Assembly (NCBI GenBank): GCA_008632985.1
Contig: QPGO01000299.1
Span: 1 to 64,000, forward strand
Source: Psammoneis japonica
Taxonomy: Eukaryota
Direction: 5' to 3'
Length of the DNA stretch: 64,000 nucleotides
The notes under the pieces are model-generated. The model saw only the letters and a list, made by a program, of their open reading frames with translations. It was not told the DNA's origin and made no database searches. The translations under genes were made by a program, and so were the position numbers. Shown in pieces: positions 13,012-23,624 of the stretch; position 1 is the first letter of the stretch, and the number at the start of each line of letters is the position of its first letter.

Positions 13012-13573
13012 CATGTGGCAGAAAATGACGGTGGCAGCGATGTTAACCAGGAAATCCACTCAGTTCGGAAGGTGCAGCAACATAGAATGTGAAAAGCATC
13101 AAAGTGTTGCACTGCAAAATGATGGGAATGTTGTCCATGTGCTTGTTAGATTTAAAGCAAGGTTTGAAAGCAATGTGAATTGGGGGCTGTCACAAAGGTA
13201 AATTGTTGCACGGTGAAAAGTGGATGAGTGTTACACTTGAAAATGTCAGAAACATTCTCCGCATGGTCATTGCATTTAAATTTTCTTGTGACACATGACA
13301 AAAAAAATTAGACAAGAAGTGAGCTTTCTGACACAGTGTGTAAAAATTTTTAAATTAAATTTTAAAAAAGAAATTCAGACATGACGGGCAAGAATGTCGC
13401 ACAAGAGTTCGCGCACTGTGTCAGATTGTTGCCCCACCAGACGTGGGAGGCAAGAAATGGGAGGACTTGATGACATGACCAGTTGCAGCTCATCTCACAC
13501 AGAAACAACACCAGAGCTCTCACAGAAATGCCCATGTGTGCAGCAAATGGATGCCCACCAAATGATGTGAAAG

Positions 13574-13849
13574 TGACAGGATTTGAACAGGATTTAGGTG
13601 CACGCGAAATGTCGCACGCTGTTTAGTTTACCGCACACAGTTTTGTGTGCTTTAGTTCCGCGCGTTCACGCGCGATGTAGTTTGCTTTCGAGCCACAAGG
13701 CTCACAAGAACAATGACAGTAGCCCAACCACACTGACTTGCATGTCTTTCGGCTCCTGTGACGGTCTCTGAGTGGAGACTCATCTGCCATTTAGACAGCA
13801 GCAAGGAGTTATTGTTTGAATTCTTGCCATTTGCCTTCAATTTCTGTCA
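13574..13849 (+). mobile_element. Solo LTR (276 bp) of a Copia family, with a 5-bp TSD GAAAG
   Basis: It starts TGACAG and ends CTGTCA (terminal inverted repeat). GAAAG lies at 13569-13573 and 13850-13854. It is homologous to the LTRs at 35582 and 54317. Confidence 0.9.
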
Positions 13850-14299
13850 GAAAGGATGACTCATTTTCACACTCCTGTGTGCCCCAGTGGAGGCAGCACT
13901 TTTGCCACTTAGAGTGAAGGACTTGACAGGACAACAGGGAGACAAAAGATTGTAGAGGACAGATGGGTGTGGATGAGAGCAGTTCTGAGATTAGACTGTG
14001 TGGTCATCCCAGGGTTTTTCAGGAGGGTGCAGAGTTTACACTGAAACCTGTTGGAAATTACACTTGAATCGGCAGAAAATTACAAAAAGTCAACAGGCTT
14101 GCAAACCACAAGGCATCAATGCTGGCTGTTTTCCACCAGAGAATGTCACTCAACATGCTGCAATGAAGCTGTGCCATTGGCAGAGATGGCCAAAATGAGC
14201 TGACAGCAGCAAGACCTGGGGAAACACTGTCTGAGAAGGGTGACATCAGCACCAGAGGGTGCACAGAAACACATGCAGAGGCTGAGGGTGAGCAGCTGA

Positions 14300-16100
14300 C
14301 ATCAAAAAGTTTGTGCAAACAAAACAACACAGACATGTGGTGGACATTGTTCAAGAATGGAGTTGCGTGCTGGTTGAACTTGATTGTCAGGACAAGAGCA
14401 TCCTGGCTTGTGTTCCATGAATTTGGCAGCCATGAAGGAGATGTCATCTTGAAACCAAAGAGTGGAAGTGCACTTTGCAGGTTCTTGTTGTTCATGTGTT
14501 TTTCCCTTGAGGTTGTGCCAACCAGCAAAGCATTGAAGAGCAGTTTCCTGCAGAAACCAAAAGAGTGTGAGTTGAAGTTCCTGTCCATTTTCTGTGTGGT
14601 TCCAGGTCCCTTTCAAGAGAGTGATTCTCATTTGAGCTGTGAGCCCCAAAGTTTTGTAAATCAAATGAAGTCCCTCATCTTCTGCATGAAACAATTGGAA
14701 AACAAAGGCCTTTTTGGAGGCCATTGTGAAGCATTGCTGAGGGTTCCAACAAAGAGAAACATGCCCAAAATGCAGGCCACATGGGTGGGCCATCTGGACT
14801 TGTGTCTCATGACAAGCACACAGCACAAACACAGCACAAGGAGAGCTGGTGCACAACACTTTGCACCAGAAGAGCTGGTGGACAAAAATTGGCATGGAGC
14901 TGACCACACCTTGGGTGACCATGGTCCTTTGTGTGCCAAGCTGATGCTGTGTCCTCAGCCCAAAGACAAAGCATCCAGATGGTGTGGCTGATGCCATGGG
15001 CACCCTCCCAGAACAAGACCAGCTCAACAGTTTCCCAAGAATGTGGTCACTGTTCCACGGGGAAAAGTTGTCATCTCACCCAGTGCACCCCCTTGTGTCC
15101 AGAACCTGTGGAAACTGTTGGTGAGAATGATGCCGGATTGGGCCTCAGATCAAGATGGTTTCCAAGTGACACCAAGTTAATTTTCATTTCTCTGCTGACA
15201 GCCCCAGCAACTCCATTGCAAAAAGAGTGTTTGCTGTCATGATGTGATTCATTGCCACCCATGTTTCCATTCCTGTCCATGGGAAAGGCACAAGTAGAAT
15301 GACTGGGCAATGGCAAAGTGGGGCACTGGCAGCCCAACCTGGAGCCATGTGTTTTGCACAAAGAGATGGTTGCATCACCAACATCAACCTGAAGCTTGTC
15401 ATAGAGAGATGCATCTGCAAAATGTGCTTCGTTGCTGGTGCCAGAGACACCTTTGAGTCCTCAGATGCACCTGCAGTGATGTTTTCAGATGAAGGAGAGT
15501 CCATGCATCAAATGATGACAGGCATTGCTTTCAGGGGTGTTAAAAGCCCTCCCCAATGGGCCTGCAGACCTGGCAGACAACCCAGGAATCATTGCTCTTG
15601 TTTCTTCGTGCAAAAAAGAGGGCATGGGTGATGCATTGTTGACACCTTGCACAAATGAAGAAGGGCATTGTTGCACATTATTTTGGACAGCATGTTTGTT
15701 GGCACAGATCAGTGCACATTGGAACCCACCCACAACAATGATTTGACAAACTTGTTTCCAAGGCAAAGTGAAAGAATTCTTGTGACAAATTGCCAGCCCT
15801 TGCTGACATGGTTGCAGCCAAACAGAAGCAAAGCAACTCTCAGCAGAAACTGCTGAAAGGCATGCTTGGATTGTGCTTGTACAAAGCAATCACTTTTCCT
15901 CCCTGTCAACATGTGCAAGAGCTGCATCTTGTGGCTGAGAGAAGGAAGCAAACTGCTCTGACCTTGCAAAAGAATGCAAAGATGGTCAAGAAGTGCCCCC
16001 AAATCCATGAGCTGCAGAAGTTTGCCTGTCCTGAAAGATGTGTGTGTCCATTGCTCAAGAAATGTCAGAAACTCACATGTGTTGTTGCTCATTTTCAAAA
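14300..16100 (+). mobile_element. Decayed retroelement remnant, possibly a DIRS/Ngaro-type RT
   Basis: The fragment MMTGIAFRGVKSPPQW (about 15510-15560) resembles an RT FGG..SP motif. The rest is unreadable. Confidence 0.25.
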
Positions 16101-16597
16101 AGAGGAAAACACAATGTCATGATGGAGAAAAATTTGAGGGTGGGTGGGTGATGCAGAGTGATTTGTCTGGACAAGCCAACACAGGGGAAACAAAAAGAAG
16201 AGAGAGTTCATGTGCCACCACCAATGGCCATGACAAAAACCAATGCTTTGAAAAAAAAAGTGTGTCTCCACAACAAAAAAAGATGGCTGTGCATTGGAAA
16301 AACAGACAACCAGAGAGTGGGGCAGGTCACTCTGCATCAGAAGAGCACACAACAAGAGAGCAGGATGGGCAAAACAAAGGGTTGGGATTGAGCAAAGCAG
16401 TGCACAAGTTCATTGGCATCAGCGGCACAGGCAAAAAAAATCAATGACTTGGCCATTCTCTTCTCAGCAAGCTGTGCACTCTGATGCAAACATGGCAACA
16501 TCAGCTGGGACACTCTGCAATGCAAATGACACAACAGCAAGAGTCAGGGTGCTTGGCATTTTACAAAGCTTGGAGAAAATTTGAACATTTTCTTGCT

Positions 16598-16738
16598 GCA
16601 AACACTCTCAAAATGGGTTGAGAGCAGTTTTTGGCAAGAGAGTGAGTGCTCTGCATTTTGCAATGCTTGCAAATGTGAGCTTCATTTGCAACCACTCTTA
16701 AAATGGGTGCAGAGCAGTTTTTGGCAAGGGAATGTTCT
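16598..16738. repeat. Two diverged direct copies of a ~45-bp motif, ~90 bp apart
   Basis: cactctcaaaatgggttgagagcagtttttggcaag versus cactcttaaatgggtgcagagcagtttttggcaag. Confidence 0.7.
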
Positions 16739-17249
16739 CTTGTTTTTCACATTTGAACAGAAAGATTTAAGAGTGTGATGTCTTGCAAAAGCTTCTCATG
16801 ACCTGCTTTAGAACAACTGGTTGTCACCAGAAAACTCTCACTTTGTGTTTGTCTCATTGTGAGACATTTTTTTGTCACACAGAGACAATTGCACTGGTGT
16901 GGTGAATGTGTCTGTGGAGCTGTCTGGGAACTCTTTGTTGTGCAAATGCAACTGAAGTGCAGGGTCACAGTTTCTAATGCCCACAAAAAACCTGCCCTGT
17001 TGCCACCTTATTTCTGAGTGGTGATTCTCACATGAGTGAACTTGCTGCCACAACGCAGCATAAAATGAGCAGTCAAATGCTCATCCAGCCCCTCCAGGGT
17101 GTGCTCATTGGCTTCTTTCTGAGCTGCACCCAGCTCCAAAGCTTCTGGGTTTTGAGCTCACTCACAATCCATCAAATTATTTGGCATGTTGGGAAAATTT
17201 GCTGAGAAACATCAGTTTTAAGATTGTCCTCTGCTGTCATCCAAAAATC

Positions 17250-19300
17250 CTTTGGGGCCACAGGTCAGCTAGATTCAGGCAATGTCATGAATGCCACATT
17301 TTGTCTGCACAGTTCTTGGCATCTCCAAGCCAGTGAACAGAGCATTTCTGTCAATGGGAAAACTTTGTCACTGGTGGCAGCACACAGGTTGACATCAGTC
17401 AAAATGGTGAAAGCACTGAGACATCAGGTGTTGAGCCAGTGATCTTGTTTTCTGCTGGGGCTCTGCCTCCCATGTGCTGTGCAACATTGAGAGCTTCTAA
17501 ACATCAGACAGCACATGTCTGTTTGAGCATTATGGAGAACCAAATGTGTGCTCTGGCTCTGGATGGTGGGACCTTGCAGCGCTGGACTGTGACAGAAAAT
17601 TGTTGATGGTGCATTGTGCAAAAGCAATGTGCACTTTTGTGTGGCCCTGTTTTGCAAAACATGCAGAGTTGGGCTTCAGCCACATCTGACCACAAAAACA
17701 AGTTTGAAACTGTTTGTCAAAGCAAAACTTGCCTTCAACCACTTGAAATTTTAACTGCAGAGGATCTTTCTGAATGGAGGGCACCTCTTGTTGGGTGCTG
17801 CATTCTTTGCAAATGTCCTTGGTTCATGTTTTAACCATCTCAGGTGTGCAGCCAAATGGAAGAGACTGAGGCACCCTGATGTCACCATGAACAAAGGCTG
17901 TCACTGCTTCCACATCATCACCTCACTTTCTTGTGCCACAGGGACAAAACCTGTTGTGCCTGGGGCTGTGTTGGCAAAGACATTCCCTCCAGCATCACAC
18001 CATGAACTGGCTTAACTTCCAGGTCAGTTGGTCAGAGGAACGCTTGTCTTTTGTCACTGGACCCTCAACTTCTTTGAGAGATGGCACACTCAAAATTGTT
18101 CACCAGGGGTGATGATGGATTTGGCAGATCATTGGCTGTTGCTCCATTGAGCTCAGGGTCAGTGCTGTCTTGGTGAGTGTTGCAAATTGCAAAAGCACAT
18201 GATGCAAAATCTTTGGCATTCCTGCTGCAAAACTTGAAGCAAAAAGCACTCCATTAGAATGGGCGAAGCAGCGGAATGATGTTGTGGACTCTGGAGCTCT
18301 TGGAAATGTGAACAATGCCTCCTTTGAGAGCTTTCTTCTACACCTTCCTTTCAGGTGTGATTCAAAGACTGATGTTGCTCTTTCTGGTGCAACTTTTGAT
18401 TTTGGAGTGCAACAGAGTGAGTCAGACTCTTTTCTTGAACTGTCCTGGGCCATTTTGAACAATCACCAACCCACTCATGGGCAGTTACTTGGGGATGATG
18501 ATTGATGAATTGGTCACTTGCCTCCCAAAAAGCACAGCTTCATGGGCTGTCAGCAGGTGAGGTTGACTTGATTCTGGGTCAACTCATGTGGCAGCAGTTG
18601 CAAAAAGAAGAGCATTCTTTGGTGGTCTGTGCTCTTTGGACCATGGTTGTGCAGTGACAGCTCACCATCAGGACTTGACAACATTGTGAAGTTGAAGCCA
18701 GCAGCACAAGTGTCAGCACGCAAGTCCAAGTCATTTGTGGTGATGCCCCCCAGCACTTTGAGCTGACAAGATGGTGAGGTGAACATCTGTTGAGAGTTGC
18801 CTGGAGGATTGCACAGTGCCAGCTGTTTGGGCAACTCCATCTTGCAGCAACCATTGAATGCTGGTGCAGTCATCTGCTGTTTTCTTGTCAACACCTCAGC
18901 TGAACTCAACACTGGCATCAACAGCCAGATGTTTCAGTGTTGGCTTTCCCCTGTTGCTCTGCACTGGCAACCTTCCCCACAGAGCAAATTTTATTTTCAT
19001 TTTCATTTTGGTTGTTGACAGCATGCCTGCAGTGCTCTGAACTTGGGGATGAATGTTGTGCAGCTGTGGAGACTGTGAATGATGGCAACTGCAGACCCAT
19101 TTCTGAGTCAGAGCATTTTGCAGCAAAACATTTGGTCATTTGAGTCGTGCACTCACTCTTCATGTGCATGCAGGAACACCTCCATTCATGAACAAAGATC
19201 TCCATTCACAAACAAAAAGCTTGCTCCAAGTTCATCTTGGTGCTCAGTGAGTGCTGCACAATTACAAATGGAGCCTTTGCTCACAAGGGCATGACTTCAG
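17250..19300 (-). mobile_element. Decayed Ty1/Copia (CoDi-like) fragment: protease and integrase remnants
   Basis: The minus strand has protease-like DLDLRADTCAAGFNF (about 18735-18690, compare ELDSHADTCVAG), integrase-like KPNSA..QNRA (about 17680-17640) and VHWLG...TLPES (about 17340-17270). Confidence 0.55.
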
Positions 19301-21436
19301 GGGGCAGTCAAACATGTGATCTTTGTGATGTGGGTTGTTCACAGGTGACATTTGGCTGTGTCAAAGAGTCTGCTCAGTGGAGTGAGTGCCAGTCATGCAG
19401 GCTTGCACAAAATGCTGCTTTTGTGCAGTGCGTCTGCTGCTGTGGGGGAGTCTTGCAATGCAAGATTTTGCTTGTGTGTGCCACTTGTCAGTGAGTCCAT
19501 GCTGCAAGCAGCCTTGCACTTGCATTTTGCCTTGCTTGACCAACCCTGATGCTGAGCTTTTTCTCCCAGCTGCTGCTTCTGTGGCCTCCCTTTTGTCTGC
19601 ATCTGCCTCTCCAAGTCCTGTCAACACAGCAAAAGGCAAGTCGGGAGCTCCATTTTTGGCATTTTCAACCAGAGTCTCAATGTGCTGCTGGTGGCAAGCC
19701 TTAAAACCGTTGAGCTTTATGGCATCCACACCAACCACACTCATTCTGGTCTTTGGTCTTGGGTCAGAAACACCCTTGTTCAAAAAAATCAAAGACCTTC
19801 TTGGTCTTGGCTGCAGGCCAGGTTCTTGCAACCTCTTTGTGACAGTGCTGAGTGCACACTCATTGACAGTGGGGCAACCCTTCTGGCATGCTTGGCAAGA
19901 GCCATCTTTGCATGGACATGGCCTGGTTCTTGCATGTGTTGGTGGCAGTGGAGCCCTCTGCCTGCTTCTTCAAGGCAAAGAATTTGTCACAACTGTCTCA
20001 AGTGTGGCTGGATGGCCTGATCAATGCTCACCCAGGTCTGTCAATCACTGGCTTCTTTGTTGTGGAACACAAAAAAATGCTCTCTGTCAAGATTTCACAG
20101 GGGCCAGTGGCAGCATCCTTGTCTGTCACAGGGTGTTTGGCAGTGAGCATTTCTGCAGTGACAACTTCATGGTTGTGATGAACAAGGCAGATGAGCAAGA
20201 CACCCATCTTGTGATTCTGTGATGATGGCGGCACACCTCTGTCTCCAGCAGCTCTTGGAGCATCAGCTGGCCACAGATTTTTTTTTGAGAAGTGCAGCCA
20301 ACTTGGAACAATCATCCAAGCCAGTGAACTTGAGCTGTTTGAGCTCAGTCAGATGCACTGTCTGGGTTGCAACAACTGGACTGGCAAGATGGCAGGCATT
20401 GAGACATGTCCTCTTGCCCTCATGCAATCTGCCCACACTTGCAGGGGGGGGGGGTTGGCAGCTCTTCCAGTTTGCCAAGTGTGGTGGGAACTGGACTTGA
20501 GTGTTGGCACCATCATTGACCACCTTGGCAATGGCTTTCAGCATTTTGCCAACTTCCATCAGCAGTGCCTGTTCCAGCATGTCACTGACAGCTGCAAAAA
20601 TCCTGCCATGCAATGTGCTGGCACATGTTTGGTTGTCACAACCACAGCACATTAGAGAGGCTGCAAAGGCTGTGCCAGTGGCAGTGGCCACAATGTGTGG
20701 CCAATTGTTTGGATTTTGGTGCATCAATTCTCACCTTTGAGCAAAATTGTGTGGTGGTTGGCTCACTTCTGTGAACCCTGTGAGCAAATCTATGAGCACA
20801 GCAAGCTCAATCTTTGCATGTTGTTGCATGCTGAGAACAATGCCAAGCTGACAATCAGACAATTGACATGTGCCAAGATGCCAAAGTGAACATGTCCACA
20901 TGTCTTAGCTTGTGCACAGCATTGGCATAATTTGCAAATTGCACTTTGATGATTGTCTTGGCACATTGCTGCTCTGACCAATGGAGCACACAGATCATGT
21001 TCACAACAATGTGCTGTGGTGGGCACAGCAAACATGGCAGTTGCGCCAGCTCCATGGGGCTGCCATGGCACTTGTTGCAATGATTGATTGAACACAATGG
21101 TGCCATCATTGCACAAATTCATGGTGTCCTCTTTGGTCAACTGAACATCACAGCACCAGCTTTGACAAAGCAAGTGAACGCGGCATGACAGCAAAAGAGT
21201 TGCTGGTGCAGACAAGAAAATGAGTTGATGCAGCAATCAAGAGGTGCTCCAAATCAAAATGTGAGAGTTGTGGAGCTGCACCCCACTGCATGGGCAACAG
21301 TTGATGCTGCACGAATGTGTTGTGCACAATGTGTGTGCACACGTCCATGTCCACAATGGCACACCAGCATCAACTCAAAATTGTTGAGAGTTGAGTCATC
21401 TTCCAATGCTTTGGTGCTGCTTTCCCAGGCTGCAGT

Positions 21437-21504
21437 AAAAATGGCAGAAGCCACAAGAGATGCAGAAGACAAAAATGGCAGAAGCCACAAAAGATGCAGA
21501 AGAC
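21437..21504. repeat. 34-bp tandem duplication
   Basis: aaaaatggcagaagccacaa(g/a)agatgcagaagac twice, with one mismatch. Confidence 0.9.
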
Positions 21505-22109
21505 ATGAAACAGAACTGCAGTTGGGTTGACAATCAAGCCAAAGAATTGCTGGAGCATGTGGAGGGCTCCATCAAAAACCCACAAGATCAATCAAGAAAG
21601 CACAAATCCAGTTGGGATGTTGTCAAACACTTGCTTCTCAAAGACATTGCAGGGAGAAATTGAAGCACTTTGATCACAACAGACAAAAGAGCATGGTGCT
21701 TGCTGCTGTGACAAAGTCAGGCAGTTGGGAGAATTTCAAGAAACAACATGACATGAAAAAGAACTTAAAAGGAACCAAGGGGAGCACTCAACATGATGTC
21801 AAGGAACTGCAAAGGGAGGTCAGAAAAGTCAGAGAAACTCACAACTGACTGCAGGCAAAGATCTCATTTTCCCAGAACCAGCCAGCCAAGGAGTTTGGAG
21901 TGCCAAGCCTTTCTTGAAGCTGTGAGTGACTGCTGCACAGCAGCATGATGTGATGGCAAGACACATCTGTCCTTGCCGCCCACCACTGGCACGTCAGAGC
22001 CAAAGTTGATGGATGGTTTCATGGAGCTGGCAATTGGTGTCAAAACAGAGCAGCTCTGTTGTGTCCCCTGGCTGACAAATCTGAACTCCATCAAAAATCT
22101 GTTTCAAGT

Positions 22110-22558
22110 GCAGCATGCATGCAGACAAAAGGTTGTTTTTGTCACGCCCTTTGTGACATTTAAAGGCTGTAACACGTCGCCATGGTGCATTGACTCTCAT
22201 TGGCAGCTGTGTGTTGCACTCCTCCCCATGCATCACGCGTCCACACGGCTCTTTACTGATGTGTGCTGACACTGCGCGGTTTTGGCGGAACAGTGTGGGT
22301 ACGTGCGAAGGAACATGCAGAACTGCACAGAGTTTTGCACGTTCGACAGTGATCAACGTTGCTGCAGACAACTCCCACTCAGGGTTTCGAACCCCTGGCC
22401 TCCTGCCTGATGGTTGCGATGAACCACTCCGCTATGAATTCACAACGCAGCATGCATGCAGACAAAAGGTTGTTTTTGTCATGCCCTTTGTGACATTTAA
22501 AGGGTGCAACACGTCGCCGTGACACATCAACTCTTGTTGGCAGCTGCACATTGCACAA
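22110..22558. repeat. Direct repeat of ~110 bp (22110-22219 and 22447-22558) enclosing a tRNA-like segment
   Basis: gcagcatgcatgcagacaaaaggttgtttttgtca...ttggcagctg...ttgcac occurs twice, 337 bp apart. Confidence 0.85.
22370..22441 (-). pseudogene. tRNA-derived sequence (SINE head or tRNA pseudogene)
   Basis: The minus strand has an A box/D arm TAGCGGAGTGGTTCATCGC (GCGG pairs with TCGC) and a B box GGTTCGAAACCC. The anticodon and acceptor stems do not pair. Confidence 0.55.
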
Positions 22559-23624
22559 GACACAAAAACCCACTTGGGGTGGACCGACCTGGAAGACTTC
22601 CCAAAGCTGGAACTCACACTGCCACTAAAATGCAAATGCTTTTCTGATGCTTTGCAAAAAAGGAGGACCAGTGTGCCCCAAAGAGCTCAGTCTTTGGTCT
22701 TGCACAGCACACCAATGAACAAAAAAGCAGGTGCATGGCTTCAGCTCATTTCTGCCATCTTGCTTGTTGCAACAAAACTGTTGCTGTGGAGTCGAGAAAA
22801 GGAACACAACAAATCACAATTTTGCAGTTTGTGGTGGCTCAAATGAGTCAACCACAATGGGTCTTCAGATTTTCCCAGTGCAGCATCAATTTTGAACAGC
22901 AGCTGAGACTCTTTTAGCCATGTCAAGTGGCACCCACAAATGATGATGCAAGCAATTTGGTTTGTCATTGTGAAAACAAATGTCGACATGTTTTCCATTT
23001 TTGTTTGGCATCTTTCAGCTTTTTCCTCCAACTTGTCATCTTCCTCCTTCTCCTCCTCCGCCTCCTTCTTCTTCTCCTCCTCCAACGCAAGCATCTCAAG
23101 CTCTGCCTTTGCCAACTTTGCCAGAGTTGTCTTTCCAAAATGCCTTGTCAAAAGCAATTCTTGTCCATGTGTCTTGGCTGATCTTTTCAAATTGTGAGTT
23201 TCATTCTTGTTTCCACTTGCTCCCTTCATCTTTCTGTGATTCTCTTGGCCTCTTGGGGTCCATGCAAATGGGTGCTGGCAGTGAGCGATTTGCTGTTTGC
23301 ACTCTCTTCATGTCCACTGATTTTTTCTGCCAACACTTGCGAGTGCCGTGCGTCCCAGCAGTTCTGAAGGACAAAGGACAGAGCTTCATCACTTGCCATC
23401 ACCGTCTCTCTACTGTGTCAACACTTTTGAAGCCAAGAGATCATCCAGAGTTCTCAACTTTGGTGGCACATGTTACAGGAACAAAAAGAGCCAAAAGGAA
23501 ACTAACGCCAGTGCCACTCTTCCTCGGAATTTCTATTTTAAAGTTAGACTTCATTTCCTTGCGGGATCGAAGGTGGATATGCTGTTTGCAATTTGCGAAT
23601 GTCTCCAAACTCTAGGACTGCACC

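Larger units (their letters stand above)
8147..13446 (+). mobile_element. Plavaka/CMC-like DNA transposon, 5.3 kb, with 26-bp TIRs and a 2-bp TSD (GA); probably internally deleted
   Basis: The left end C-TG-CGTCTGGTGGGGCAACAATCTGA (8147-8172) matches the reverse complement of the right end, C-CA-CGTCTGGTGGGGCAACAATCTGA (13421-13446). GA flanks both ends (8145-8146, 13447-13448). It contains a transposase-like ORF. Confidence 0.85.

Noticed and set aside
19360..22100. Possible host genes in the longer ORFs 19386-20222 and 20263-20727
   Set aside because: They have no recognisable domains, lie in fully TpA/CpG-depleted DNA and are almost Tyr-free. They are probably decayed repeats and were left unannotated.
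22370..22441. Functional tRNA gene
   Set aside because: The acceptor and anticodon stems do not pair and the spacing is too short. It is kept only as tRNA-derived.
3550..23400. Classical fungal RIP, or CpG methylation alone, as the explanation
   Set aside because: RIP produces C>T changes and TpA excess. CpG decay cannot turn TAY into TGY or CAY. CpG decay is present but explains only part of the pattern.
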